Assembly: GCF_009914755.1 (NCBI RefSeq)
Contig: NC_060940.1
Source of the DNA: the human T2T-CHM13v2.0 reference genome, Homo sapiens
Direction: 5' to 3' (one strand)
Length of the DNA: 64,000 nucleotides
This document shows, in pieces, positions 15,559-28,014 of the stretch. The position numbers and the translations under genes are program-made. Numbering within the stretch: the stretch's first letter is position 1; each line of letters starts with the position of its first letter. A model generated the notes under the pieces. It was not told the origin of the DNA, ran no database searches, and saw nothing but the letters and a program-made list of their open reading frames with translations.

Positions 15559-15678
15559 GGCCAGGCACACTGGCTCAAGCCTGTAATCCCAGCACTTTGG
15601 GAAAATGGTTTGAGGCCAGGGGTTCAAGAACAGCCCAAACGGCGTACATAGCAAGACCCCATCTCAGCAAAAAAGAAA
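15559..15678 (+). mobile_element. FLAM / Alu left monomer
   Basis: Monomer flanked by TSD aaaagatattta. Confidence 0.85.
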
Positions 15679-15689
15679 AGATATTTAAT

Positions 15690-16088
15690 ATGATTCTGAA
15701 ATACAGTGAAGGATCCTAGATTGGAGCCTGAATTATAGAAAATGTTGCTGGATGGCCTAGTATTGAACAGTGAAGTGTAGATTATTTAGATAATAGTGTT
15801 GAATCAATATTGAGCTTCCTGAACTCAATCACCTTATTGTGATTATAGAGGAAGATGCCTCGGTTCATAGGGGACACGTGCTGAAATAGTTAAGGATAAA
15901 TATCACGCTGCCTGCAACTTACTATGGTTGAGAGGCTTCCTGAAAGGACCTTGGAAGACACTCTTGGTGAACGTGTATGTTAACAAGCAAGGGACCTAGG
16001 AGAAGGGTCTGTGTGTGGCTGTTCGCTGTTCTGTTCCTGTGACTTTTCCATAGGTTTGGACGTGTTTTCAAATTAAACATTTTTAAAT
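15690..16088 (+). mobile_element. L1MC/ME 3'UTR fragment
   Basis: gatcctagattgga, ttagataatagtgttgaatcaat, ctgcaacttact motifs. Confidence 0.6.
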
Positions 16089-16097
16089 GCTGCTAAA

Positions 16098-16410
16098 ACC
16101 AGGCATGGTGTCTCACACCTATAATCCCAGCACTTTGGGAGGCTGAGGCAGGAGGACCACTTGAGCCCAGGAGTTCAAGACCAGCCTGAGCAACACAGGG
16201 GGACCCCATCTCTCCAAAAAAAAAATAATAATAAGAGCCAGGCACGGTGGCGCATGCCTGTAGTCCCAGCTACTTAGGAGGCTGAGGTGGGAGGATCACC
16301 TGAGACTGAGAGGTTGAGGCTGCAGTAAGCCGTGATGGCAGCACTGTGCTCCAGCCTGGGTGACAGAGTGAGACCCTGTCTCAAAAACAAAACAGAAGAA
16401 AACAAAAAAA
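16098..16410 (+). mobile_element. AluJ
   Basis: J-type ttgagcccaggagttc and gaggctgcagt. Confidence 0.93.
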
Positions 16411-16784
16411 TCTAGGTGTAACAGCCAGGCTTGTTAAAGATGAACAGTTGTCAGTAGAACAAAGTCAGGATTCCCGAGTCCTCCATCTCAGAGGCAGCTG
16501 CCTAAGGGCCCAATCTGCCACAGCAGCCCCAGCTCTGCCCCTGTGACCTCCCCGACACACCCCTCAAGTCCTCTACCTCACCCCTATTGTTCCCCACACG
16601 CATCACATAGGAAGGACATGTCTTTCTTGGAAACAGTGTTATTCACACTATTTCAAACACACACAAAAAGAACAACGCAATAAATGCCCGTGTTCCCCAG
16701 ACAGCATTATCACATCTTAGCTGAATGTTGCATTTCCTCAAATCTCTCTGTTGTTTTTCTTTTTTTTAAGGAATAAAGCATCAT

Positions 16785-16830
16785 GGAATTGCTGGGGCCC
16801 CCATATAGGAATTGCTGGGGCCCCCATATA
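16785..16830. repeat. Perfect 23-bp tandem duplication GGAATTGCTGGGGCCCCCATATA x2
   Basis: 16785-16807 is identical to 16808-16830. Confidence 0.95.
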
Positions 16831-17412
16831 GCTGCCTCTAAGCCCTGTCATCCCTCCTCTCCTGTGGTTCGTCTCTCATCCACTGGGTGTTTCTCCTTCA
16901 ACTGTTTGTTGTCAAGCTTCCAATACATATGTATGCATCCACAAGCAGTATGTGGGTTTTTCCAGGTTTTAAAACTCAATAAATATTATACAGAGCACAT
17001 CATTCCACGACCTGCTTTTCTGGCTCTGTGTTGTTTGTGAAATGCGTCCAAATGAATATACATGTGGTTCTAACCCATGGAATTTACCCTGTGTTTCATA
17101 TTCCACTGAATTTGAATATCCCCTCATAGATTTTATCCTTTCCCCCATAGATGGATGTGCACATGGTATCCCCTTTTACAGGCAGTGCTGCAATTCACCT
17201 CCTCAGCCACAGCTCCTTCAGCACCTGTGACAATGTCAAAGGTGTATTTACCTGTTAGGGAAATAAAGGGGAGGGGAACTGGTGGCATTCAGCAGGAAGC
17301 CACCATCTGAATCTCAGAGCACATGCTCAGAGTTTGGACTTTGCAACTCAACTCCCTGTTGTCCTTCCGTCCTCTGCTTCTTGCACCTTGTCCCCCAGCA
17401 CCTGACACAGCT

Positions 17413-17810
17413 ACTGTATCGGTCAGGGTTTTGCCACACTAATGCTGTGTCATAAACAATCCCAGATTCCGGGGGTTTTCAAGTATGTATTGTTCGCTCA
17501 TGCATCAGGCTCAGCTCTGCGCCAGTTGTGGATTAGATTTGTCTGCTCTGTGGGTGTTTGATTCCTGAAGGGTCAGTGGTTTCCTGGGACATGCTCTTCT
17601 CCCGGTGAAAGGCCAAGCCAAACCATGAAAGCACAAAAGCACAAGTAAAGCCTCTGTCCAATGTGGCGGATATGGTATCTGGTCATATTCATTGGCCAAC
17701 AAAAGTCACATGGCTAAGCCCGAAGTCAGCAAGAGGGGAATAGACTCCAACCACTGTGGTGCCTTGGGCAGGAGGGGAGGAAGAAGTATGTGCTAAATGA
17801 AGCCATCTAC
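17413..17810 (-). mobile_element. Old MLT1 LTR
   Basis: tgtatcggtcagg...gctgtgtcataaacaatccc...cattggccaacaaaagtcacatggctaagccc. Confidence 0.65.
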
Positions 17811-17847
17811 CCCAGGTACAGACCTTCCCTTCCTCTGTTCCTCCCGC

Positions 17848-17850
<3 letters not shown>

Positions 17851-17881
<31 letters not shown>
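17851..17881. repeat. (CA)n; degenerate CA-rich repeat resumes at 18497-18590
   Basis: Direct observation. Confidence 0.9.
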
Positions 17882-17882
<1 letters not shown>

Positions 17883-18496
17883 CAAAGGCATTCAAACCAA
17901 AGCGACTCCATCTTGAATTGGGGTTGGTTAAAATAAGACTGGGACCTACTGAGCTGCATTCCCAGGAGGTTAAGGCATTCTTAATCACAGGATGAGCTAG
18001 GAGGTCAGCACGAGATACAAGTCACAAAGACCTTGCTGATAAAACAGCCTGAGGTAAAGAAGGTGGCCAAACTCACCAAAACCAAGATGGCGATGACAGT
18101 GACCTCTGGTCGTCCTCATTGCTCTTTATACACTAATTGTAATGCATTAGCATGCCAAAAGACACTCCCACCAGCACCATGACATTTACAAATGGCGACA
18201 TCAGGAAGTTACCCTACATGGGCTCAAAAGGGGAGAAACCCTCAGTTCTAGGGATTGCCCACCCCTTTCCCAGAAAACTCATGGATAATCCACCCTTTGT
18301 TTAACGTATAATCAAGAAGTAACAATAAGCTGCTGAGCAGCCCATGCTGCTGCTCTGCCCGTGGAGTGGCCATTCTTTATTCCTTTACTTACCTAATAAA
18401 CTTGCCTTCACTTTATGGATTTGCCTCGAATTCTTTCTTGCTGGAGAGCCAAGAACCCTCCCTTGGGGTCTGGATTGGGATCCCTTTCCAGTAACG
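17880..18496 (+). mobile_element. MER41B solo LTR
   Basis: gcgactccatcttgaa...gaccttgctgataaaaca...; includes the taatgcattagcatg segment; ends ccagtaac. Confidence 0.9.
18267..18275. promoter_or_regulatory. GAS (STAT1-type) motif TTCCCAGAA in MER41B
   Basis: Matches TTCNNNGAA at the MER41B GAS position; the upstream partner site (18246-18254, TTCTAGGGA) is degenerate. Confidence 0.5.
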
Positions 18497-19227
18497 TGCA
18501 CACACACTCATGCACGCACACACACAGACGCACAGATGCACACACGCACACACACGTGCACGCATGCACACGCACACAAATACGCACACTTGCAGACTCC
18601 TTCTCACCTCTCCTCCCCAGTTACCTACCGCCCACTCCTTGGTTCCTGCCAGTTGTTTCCAGGGCTGGATTGGGTTGGAGAGTGACAGCTAGACAGGTGC
18701 TGGGTGCACTGATAATAAGGGCAGCAAACGCATCATCAGAAGGGTTAACAAGATGAAGAAAACAGAATCTACTCACAAACCTCCCCAGGAGGCTAAAATC
18801 ATCCACTGGAAATGATCATAGGATGAGCCCCCGGAGTGAAGAGAGGGCCCCATGGGGCAAGCTCAGCTCACAAGCCAGGCTAGCAGCTGCCCTCCCAGAA
18901 GCAGGATGTGGCTCACTGCAAAGCCTTTGCCCCTCACGCCCAGGTAGGTTTGGACCCCCAGGCAGAGCTGAGTTGCCGGGGACAAGAATGCTCAGCAGTA
19001 CCAATGCAGTGACTCCTCCCAGCCCTCTCCACTCAGCGTTCAGTCTCTCCTTAAGTAAAAGTTGGTGAAATAGTTAAAGAACATGAGTTTAAGGGATTCC
19101 AAGGAGAATTCTGCTAGGATCCCTATATATCTTTGTTGACCTTAATGGTAGATTTCGGATTTCACGACCCTGATGCAACCAAATAACATATTTTTGTCAT
19201 GAGAATTCTATTTTTCCAGGCTTAATC

Positions 19228-19550
19228 TTTTATTTTTATTTATTTATTTATTTATTTATTTTGAGACAGAGTTTCTCTCTTGTTGCCCAAGTTGGAGTGC
19301 AATAGGGCAATCTCATATCACCACAACCTCTGCCTCCCCAGTTCAAGAGATTCTCGTTCCTCAGTATGTAGCTGGGATTACAGGTATGCACCACCAAGCC
19401 CAGCTAATTTTTATATTATTAGTAAAGACGGGGTTTCTTCATTGTCTGTATTCGTCAGGCTGGTCTCGAACTCCCGACCTCAGGTGATCTGCCAGCGTCA
19501 GCCTCCCAAAGCTGGGATTACAGGCGTGAGCCCAAGACTGGTGCCCAGCC
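19228..19550 (-). mobile_element. Alu (diverged S-type)
   Basis: (TTTA)n tail, dimer, TSD aatctttt. Confidence 0.92.
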
Positions 19551-19939
19551 AATCTTTTAATTCTATGAAGGAAAATCTATTGAGGAAACCAGCAAGGGCT
19601 CTTAATAAAATGTTTGTTGTGGGTGTTTGTTGACTGCTTAACCAACACGCATGCCCTCCCTGCCCGTCTCCTCCGGGGCCCTGTGGGGAATCCACCCTCC
19701 CCCATCCTCAGCCATGTGGCTTGGTGCGGCCGACCCTGCTCTCAGCAGGAGGTGCGCCCCATGGACTTGAACCCAAGTCTTGTGGGTCTAGCAGTAGAAC
19801 ACAGGCTCAGGACGGAGGTTGCTGTGTGGCCGTCAGGAGTGGGCAGCCCCAGGGTAAAGCTGGTATCAGAAGAGGCAGAGCCCAACTTGAAGGGTCTTTT
19901 GAACCCTGAAATGAGGCCCTGGGAAAGCAAGGCCCATGC

Positions 19940-20844
19940 GTGCTTCAAATGAACATGCTCACGGGTAATGAGCCAAGGAGCCGTCATTCAACACACCCTG
20001 GCCTCTTCATTTGGTTCTGCCTTGGAAAAACGGAGCCATCAGTGAGGCAGCGTCATTCTTCTGGGGTAATACCCAAAGTTTGTTGCCTCCTGCCAAGGAA
20101 ATCAAGGACAGGGACACACGTGGAGTGAGGTTAAGAGTGGAGGTTTAATAGGCAAAAGAATGGAAAAGAGAATAGCTCTCTCTCCTGCAGAGATAGAGGG
20201 GTGCCTGAGTGGGTCTTCCGGTTTTGTGGTGAGAAGCATGGGGTTTTATAGACAAGCTCGAGGCTGCGGTGTCTGATTTACATAGGGCGCAAGAGATTGG
20301 TCAGACCAGGTGTAATGTTTGCACAGCGCCAGGAGAAGCTGGTCACCCAACCCTAATCTTTTATTATGCAGATGGGGTCTCTGCCTGGCTGGCGCCATGT
20401 TGTCTGTTCCTTACTGTACACTTGGTCAAGAAAGAAAAGGGAAGATGGAGCCGCCATGTCAAACATGCCTGTCCCCCGGTAGCCTTTTCCTATTGTCACA
20501 GTGGCCGGTATTCACCTATGCAACTTTCCATCCTGTTTATGTTTGTAGCTCCATTTTACTGGCTGCTCTTTGTTAGAAAAGAAATGATTTGGGGGCTGCT
20601 TTTTGTTAAAAGGGAAACCTTACCGAGGACTTCCTTACCCTCACTATCTGCCTAAATAATTTCTTTTTAACTGCTTTATCAATTATCTGCATTACTTAGG
20701 GTGAGGAAGTCGATAATGAGCCAATTATTGATAGGCATACGCCGTGAAGCCGACTGAAAATATCACCTGAGGGCTTTGGGAGAATGATTGCTGTGTTTCT
20801 TAGAGCAATGACCGCACAATTCCAGCTTTCAATTCCTGGTGCCA
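19940..20844 (+). repeat. Duplicon A, copy 1 (about 260 bp apparently unique sequence, split by LTR9)
   Basis: 19940-20042 plus 20687-20844 align without gaps to 22361-22621. Confidence 0.92.
20043..20681 (-). mobile_element. LTR9-group solo LTR
   Basis: TG...TATCA ends, same family as 11313-12566, 5-bp TSD ATCAG/ATTAT derived from ATTAG. Confidence 0.9.
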
Positions 20845-21315
20845 CGCAGGCACTTTGCAGCCATGTAAGCTGATGCTTGCCCTTTGGCTCAAGCCAGTTG
20901 AAGGCCTCTCTATCGCTCCTGACATACAGAGGCCAAAGCAACCCAACCCGGTGTCAACCCCGGGCTGACACTAGAGGAAAATCTACAAGCCTGGAGGATC
21001 CACAGAGCCTCAGACCTCAAATGCTTGTCCCCACAGACCCACCATCCCCTGGGGAAACCGAGGCCAATACTCACTTTCCCCACCACACAGGGGTTGAAGG
21101 ACACTGCTCCCCATCCCAAGCTCCAAACCAGGGGAGGACACACACAATCTTCCCTTAATTCTACCTAGCATCGTGGAAGAGTCCCACAAAGACTCCGAAG
21201 CGTGAAAGGGAACGTAGCAGAACTATGAAGTCCCATGCAGGAATTATGCTCTGTGGCCACCATCAGAAGGTCTGGATCGGGTTCCATCAAGGTTGCTGAT
21301 GGATCTGAGGGCACT

Positions 21316-21605
21316 GCCAGGCATGGTGGCTCACACCTGTAATCCCAGCATTTGGGGAGGCCAAGGTAGGAGAATCACTCAAACCGAAGAGCTTCAGACC
21401 AGCCTGAGCAACATAGTGAGATCCCATCTCTACAAAAAAAAAAGTTTAATTAGCAAGGTGTGGTGGTGCATGCCTGTAGCCCCAGCTACTCTGGAGGCTG
21501 ACGTGGGAGGATTGTTTGAGTCCAGGAGGTGGAGGCTGCAGTAAGCCATGTTCATGCCACTGCAATCCAGCCAGGATGACAGAGCAAGGCCCCATCTCAA
21601 AAAAT
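21316..21605 (+). mobile_element. AluJ
   Basis: Diverged dimer. Confidence 0.9.
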
Positions 21606-22360
21606 ATATATACGTTTTTGGGGCAGCCTGAAGACTAGAAGGGGGCTAAGTTGGGGCAGAACACTGAGAGGACTGAGCAACTGCAAAGACAGCACCCCTG
21701 TGTTTGCAGAGAATGATCACCGAGGCCAGGCTGCTGCCCCAGGGATGATCGCTTTGACTGCAAGGATCACAGTGGACAAGGCAGGGTCCGTAGCCCAGTG
21801 CTGAATAACAGAAAACAGCACAGACGGTGAAGAACCCCATTCATCCTGAGCAGTGAAGACCTCCAAAAAATAAACCCACTTTGAGAAGTCCGACCATCTC
21901 TTACACTGTTGGGAGAGAGACGCCAATGTCAGTTTTAAGCAGCAAGCTATCTTCTCTTCCGGTGGCAACAGAGTAAAAATACCAGAGAGCATGTTCCCTT
22001 CAAGTATTTAGCTTCACATAACAAATATTTATTGAACACCCAATATTTGCAGATACTCCTCTGGCCTGATAATATGGAACAAGGGTTCGTCTTATACAAG
22101 AAGTGGATGCAAGCCGCAGATCCACCCTATGTTGCCACGAAGCCACTGGCCCCCACACTCACAGAGCTGTGACAGGTGTGCGTGCGCGACAGCTCATAGG
22201 TCTTACGTTTAGCTTGTTAATGAGGATGAAGCTGGATGGCCGGAGCACTCCCAGGGAGTGACTGTGGTTTGTTTAATTAAACAACAAGAGAATGGTACAA
22301 AAATCAATACTCAATTCCATTCTCAAAGCCAAAGACACCCAAATTTTGCATAGGTCGTGG

Positions 22361-22621
22361 GTGCTTCAGATGAACACGCTCCCAGATAACAAGCCAAGTA
22401 GCCGTCCCTCAACCTACCCTGGCCTCTTCATTTGGTTCTGGCTTGGAAAAATGGAGCCATTAGCTGCATTACTGAGGGTGAAGAAATCAATAATGAGCCA
22501 ATTATTGATAGGCATATGCCGTTAAGCAGACTGAAAAAATAACCCGAGGGCTTTAGGAGAATGATTGCTGTGTTCCTTAGAGCAATGGCCACACAATTCA
22601 AGCTTTCAATTCCTGGTGCCA
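22361..22621 (+). repeat. Duplicon A, copy 2 (uninterrupted)
   Basis: About 86-90% identical to copy 1 by manual count; retains the empty site ATTAG at 22459-22463. Confidence 0.92.
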
Positions 22622-22789
22622 TATTCACCAAGATTTATGGGGCTTTTGTAATACCTAATTGGGATTGGTAACAATACCCGAGCCTCCACCCCGTGGAATG
22701 TTTTAGGCATTTATCAAAGCCAGATGAAAAGGAAGGAGGAAATAAAATCACACTCAATCCTAGAAATATAGGGAAGGGCCCTGGGGGCA

Positions 22790-22970
22790 ATTGAAGGCCT
22801 GCCCTGCACTATATAGAAATTGTCTCCTTTAATCCTCACAATCAATGTATTGCTTCTCTCTTGAAGGTGGTGAAAATGAGGCTCAGAGAGGTGAACTTGA
22901 CCAGTGTAACTCAGCTGAAGAGTGGTAGGATGGAGATTCGAAAGAACGTCTGATTTAAAAGGCCACACCC
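22790..22970 (-). mobile_element. MIR
   Basis: tttaatcctcacaa...gaaaatgaggctcagagagg. Confidence 0.75.
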
Positions 22971-23103
22971 CTCCTACTGAACCTCATTCCAGATTTTCTA
23001 AAAGCCCTGATATTTTCTTTATGCCAATAAAATGCTCATAGACTGGGCAGGGCAACAAGATGAGGAAGAAGGGGAAGGGGCTCGATAAGAGTATGATTTG
23101 CAG

Positions 23104-23475
<372 letters not shown>

Positions 23476-24212
23476 CTAATACCTTACTTAATACAACCAT
23501 TCGTCACATTTACTTTATCGCCACCACATCCCATTGCTGGTCCGAAAGTGCCTAAACCTCCCACCGATATTCCGTAGGAATTTCTGTTAAGGTAGGCCTC
23601 CCCCATCCTATTTTTGTGGGGGTTGGGAAGTATTATGAGACTACTTCTTAGCATTCACACTCTTTTGATTTACTCCAGCAGGTCTCCAACTTGCCTTTCC
23701 ACCTGCTAAGATTTTTTGAATCTTAATTCTGCCATCCAGAGTAAGAGCCCTCTCTTTGTTCTATGTAATCTCCAGATCTGATAAATATGCTTGTTTCAAC
23801 CAAGACAGGCAGACAGATGAGTGTGCACGTGAAAATAAACCATCAAGAATGTCTTCTGTGCAACATGCCAGCACTTAGCCAAGATGGGCAAATCCCTGCC
23901 AAAGTTCTCTAACTCCTTCTTCCAGTGCGTTCTAACCAGTAATGGTGCAAAGCTCCTGTCCGTCTAAGTATCCAAGGCACTTTCTTTAGCCTGTTATAAT
24001 CCTTGACTGCAAGCCCCCTGAAGGCAGGGGTTGTGTCAGGTTTTGCTCACCTCTGGGTCCCCAACACCCAGCCTACACAAGTGTGCACATAGATAGGTGA
24101 CGAATGAATGAAGGGATGAAGACATGATGCTGTGGTGTCACTCCTCACTCTCCACCCACACTGTACATCCATCAGGGTGGTATGTTTGCATGTAGCCACT
24201 CCTATTGGGTTT

Positions 24213-24500
24213 TTAGTGGTGATTCTTGAATGGGAAAGTTGTCACCTACCCCGGGGGGGACTTTGGAAGTTTGTGGGGCGTTTTCTGCTTGTCACAATGC
24301 CTGGCATGAACAGTGGCCTTCAGGGGGATGCTAGATATTCTGCAATGCACTGAACAGTCACAAAGAAGACATAGTCGCCCATGTCCTGCAAGACCCTCTG
24401 TTATTTCAACAGGCATCCATGAAAGCGGACAGTTCTGTTTGCAGGGCATCTTTTACACAGTTTTAATGTACATAGAATACACTAGTTTATACTTTAATGT
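24213..24500. mobile_element. MER20B/Charlie-like hAT remnant
   Basis: gtggtgattctt...ttgtcacaatg...ggatgcta...ctgcaatgca motifs. Confidence 0.5.
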
Positions 24501-24519
24501 GAACGAGTGCACAGGTGAG

Positions 24520-24960
24520 CGGGAAAGATGTAGCAGAGACCTACAAAGGAACCTCCTTCTGGATACAAAAAAACAATGGAGTATGCAATAGGAACGGATA
24601 AGAGGAACTCAGAGCCCTCCAAGTGGACAGGGGAAGGGTTCCTTGAGGAAGTGATGCTGGAGCAGGGAAGGTTTAACGCAGAGTAGGTATTCATGAGGGG
24701 AGGGGAAAGCAGAGTGAGTCAGGCAGAGGCAACAGCATGTGTAAAGGCCGTACAGCAAGTGGGACAAGACATTTCAGACAGATTATTATTTTTTTCATTC
24801 TGCCTTCTGTTGTTGCTGATTTATGTTCAGGTCTGATCCCCACATTGGATTGAAAGCTTCTCAAAGCCAAAACCATATCTTAGCCATCACTCTACCCTTC
24901 CCGGACCTTGCACGGTAACCAGAAGCCAATACACACTCAAAATATGTTAGTTGTCATTGA
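24520..24960. mobile_element. L2 fragments (both orientations)
   Basis: ttccttgaggaagtgatg, aggcagaggcaacagcatgtgtaaaggcc and an L2 tail. Confidence 0.55.
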
Positions 24961-25207
24961 TGCGCAGGCAGGAGATACTCTAAAGACCAGTCCATCCTGG
25001 GGGAGGGGTAGCAATCAAGGCTCCCAGGTCTCCTACTGCTTCTTTCTTTTGATAAATTGCAAGCGGGAGATCAGCTGATCAGGAAGACCTTCCTGCAGTG
25101 ATCAATAGAACTTGATTCCCTAGCATTACCTGAAACATGTGACATGTGACCCACACGTGATCAAGGGTAAGCACAGGTCTGAATGACACTGATTTCAATA
25201 CAAATGA

Positions 25208-25585
<378 letters not shown>

Positions 25586-26589
25586 TAAGATGCAGAGAGG
25601 AGTGGAGAGGAGGGGTTACAACCAGCTGTCAAGGCCACTCTGCTCATGGTTGGCTTTGGGGCTTCAGAGGAGGCGGAGCCGGTCTTTGTCCTCTGTTTCT
25701 TATTCCCTCTAAGGAAACTAAAGGGCTTCTTCAGACAGAAAGAACTACTGAGGGACGAGGAAAATGTTCCAGGGCCTCTTTATGCCACCCCACAGGCTTT
25801 GAAATGCTCACTATTACCCAATCATAAAGAAAATGCCATTTTGGAGATCTCTGTGTTAATTACCATCATTGGAGAGACATTATCTATATTTACATAATAG
25901 CTTCCCAGGTTTTCCTAGTTTTGAGTCAAGCTAACAAATTTGTAGCTATTATGGAACACAAATTGCTCTGGTATGTTTTAAATTCTGCAAATGGAAAACC
26001 TTGCCTGTTGAGGGAGGTGGCTAGACCCCAGAACAATTAGTGTCTAATAATTCGTTAATGTCGGAGATGCTCAAAGATACAGTTTTAAATGCCTACCTTA
26101 ATGTCTTACGTGCAAAAAGAAAGGCATTTGAAGAAGCCATCGTCGGGTTAGGCACATTAATACGATTAAATAATTTTGTGAAATGTAAAAAGCTCCTGTT
26201 ACGTCTCTAAAAAGGGACAAATGAAGCCAGCATCCTTATTTTTATCACTTAATTTCCCTGCTTGAATACAAATGATTGGCTGATAATTGCTAGTTGTGGA
26301 GGGAGGCAGGTGGAGGACCGCTGGATTGAGGGGAGAGGTCAAGGGTTGAAACACCCCTAACTGGGAGTGCACGTGGTGAAGGCTGGTCACCAGGCCTGCC
26401 CAGGGCACCTGTGCTGGAGAAGTCACCGTACTGCTTGGTCTGAGCTCCTGCAAGCTCCAAGATGTGAGCTTATCAAAACCTGGTGAGGACTCACTTGACT
26501 AGGGTCAGAGAAGCTAGCGCAATCATAGGCAATGATGTTTTCTGCCCAGTACCCTTCTCTTCCGATAGAGCAGCTCCCCTTCATCTAAC

Positions 26590-26748
26590 GCAATGGTTCT
26601 CCCACCCGATGGTGCATCAGGATCACCTGGAGGGCTAGTTAACCAGATGCTAATTCAGCGCCTCTGTGGTAACCCCCAAATGCCCTATCAAGTTCCCAGG
26701 TGATGCTGATGTTGCTGGCTTGGGACCACACTTTGAGGATCATTGCGT
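26590..26748. mobile_element. MER5A
   Basis: caatggttctc...atcacctggagggc...caagttcccaggtgatgctgatg...accacactttgag. Confidence 0.75.
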
Positions 26749-26759
26749 TGGGGGAATTG

Positions 26760-27097
26760 ATCCTTATGGAATCAGTGTTAACCTTCAGAGAAGGCCATGT
26801 GATCTACAACGGGCTTTCCCATTGATTGCTCTCAAATCTGAATAAAAGATGCCTCTTCGTTACTCATGAAAAAATGTGAATCTGGAAACTGGATCCAGCT
26901 CATGGACAAAGCTGACAGAGAGAATGAAGACAGTGTGCAGAGAAGGAAAGACAAGGGGAAGAGGAAGGATTTCTCGTTCCAGCCCTGATGCCTGTTCTTT
27001 CTAAGGTTTGACCTCAGCTAATGAGCTGCCCTTTTTGCCTGAGGTAGTTTACAATGTATTTCTGTCACCTGTAACCAAGAGAATTCTGACTGCTACA
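26760..27097 (+). mobile_element. Old MLT1 LTR remnant
   Basis: Ends tttctgtcacctgtaaccaagagaattctgactgctaca. Confidence 0.55.
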
Positions 27098-27187
27098 GAA
27101 GGGCAAACAAGAATGCCAATTTATGAAGATACAATGAGGCTGTAACTGACAGTGGCCTCAGTGTCAGTAGAGTTTTTCACTGAAAGA

Positions 27188-27500
27188 GGCCAGACACAGT
27201 GGCTGACGCCTGTAATCCCAGCACTTTGGGAGGCCAAGGCAGGAGGATCACTTGGGCCCCGGAGTTCGAGACCAGCCTGGGCAAAATAGGGAGATCCCTT
27301 CTCTACCAAAAAAAAAAAAAAATTATCTAGGTGTGGTGGTGTGCACCTGTGATCTTAGTTACTCAGAAGGCTGAGGTGGGAGGATCACTTGAGCCCAGGA
27401 GGTGGAGGCTGCAGTAAGCCGTGCTTGTGCCACTATACTCCAGCCTGGGCAACAGAGTGAGACCCTGTCTCAAAAATAATAATTTAAAAAATAAAAACAA
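27188..27500 (+). mobile_element. AluJ
   Basis: J-type dimer. Confidence 0.93.
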
Positions 27501-27523
27501 AGTCTTTTCCTGAAAGAGTTTAA

Positions 27524-27680
27524 TAGGGTTACCAGATAAAATTCAGATAAGAAATAATTTTTTTAGGGTAAACTATGTCCCAAATATTGCAAAAGATATA
27601 CCCTAAAAAAAATCATTTGTTGTTTATCTGAAATTCAAATAACTGTACATCCTGTGTTTTTGTTCAATCTGGCAACGTTA
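27524..27680. mobile_element. MER53 hAT MITE
   Basis: TIRs tagggttaccaga / tctggcaacgtta; tatgtcccaaatattgca core. Confidence 0.8.
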
Positions 27681-28014
27681 GCTTAGGAGCAAGGGAGACC
27701 TAGGTTTGCCTCTCAGCTTGATCACTGACCATGTGACTGCGGCCTGCATCTCCCAGGCTCCCAGGGCAAGCTGGTCTGGTCAGTGGAGAGGTCAGCAATG
27801 ATTGAAGGGCAGGAGGAAGAGAAAAGCCACAGTGTTTTTGGGCCCATCTCTGACGGTGGCTGCCTTCCCTCCAGGGCCCCAGCTTCAACTGAACAGCCCA
27901 CCATGGATCCTATTGGTACACGTATTGCTACATGTATCATATTGGTACATGTATCATAAAGGTACGTATTTTGACATTTTTCACCCAAGATCTGTTCTGT
28001 TTGTCTGAGACTCC

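Noticed and set aside
20696-22631. Paralogous minus-strand ORFs (20696-20941, 22428-22631) sharing APGIES..C..IALRNTAIIL.KPSG
   Set aside because: The similarity is a by-product of duplicon A. About 11 amino-acid changes arise from about 15 nucleotide differences, and starts and stops differ, so there is no sign of coding constraint.
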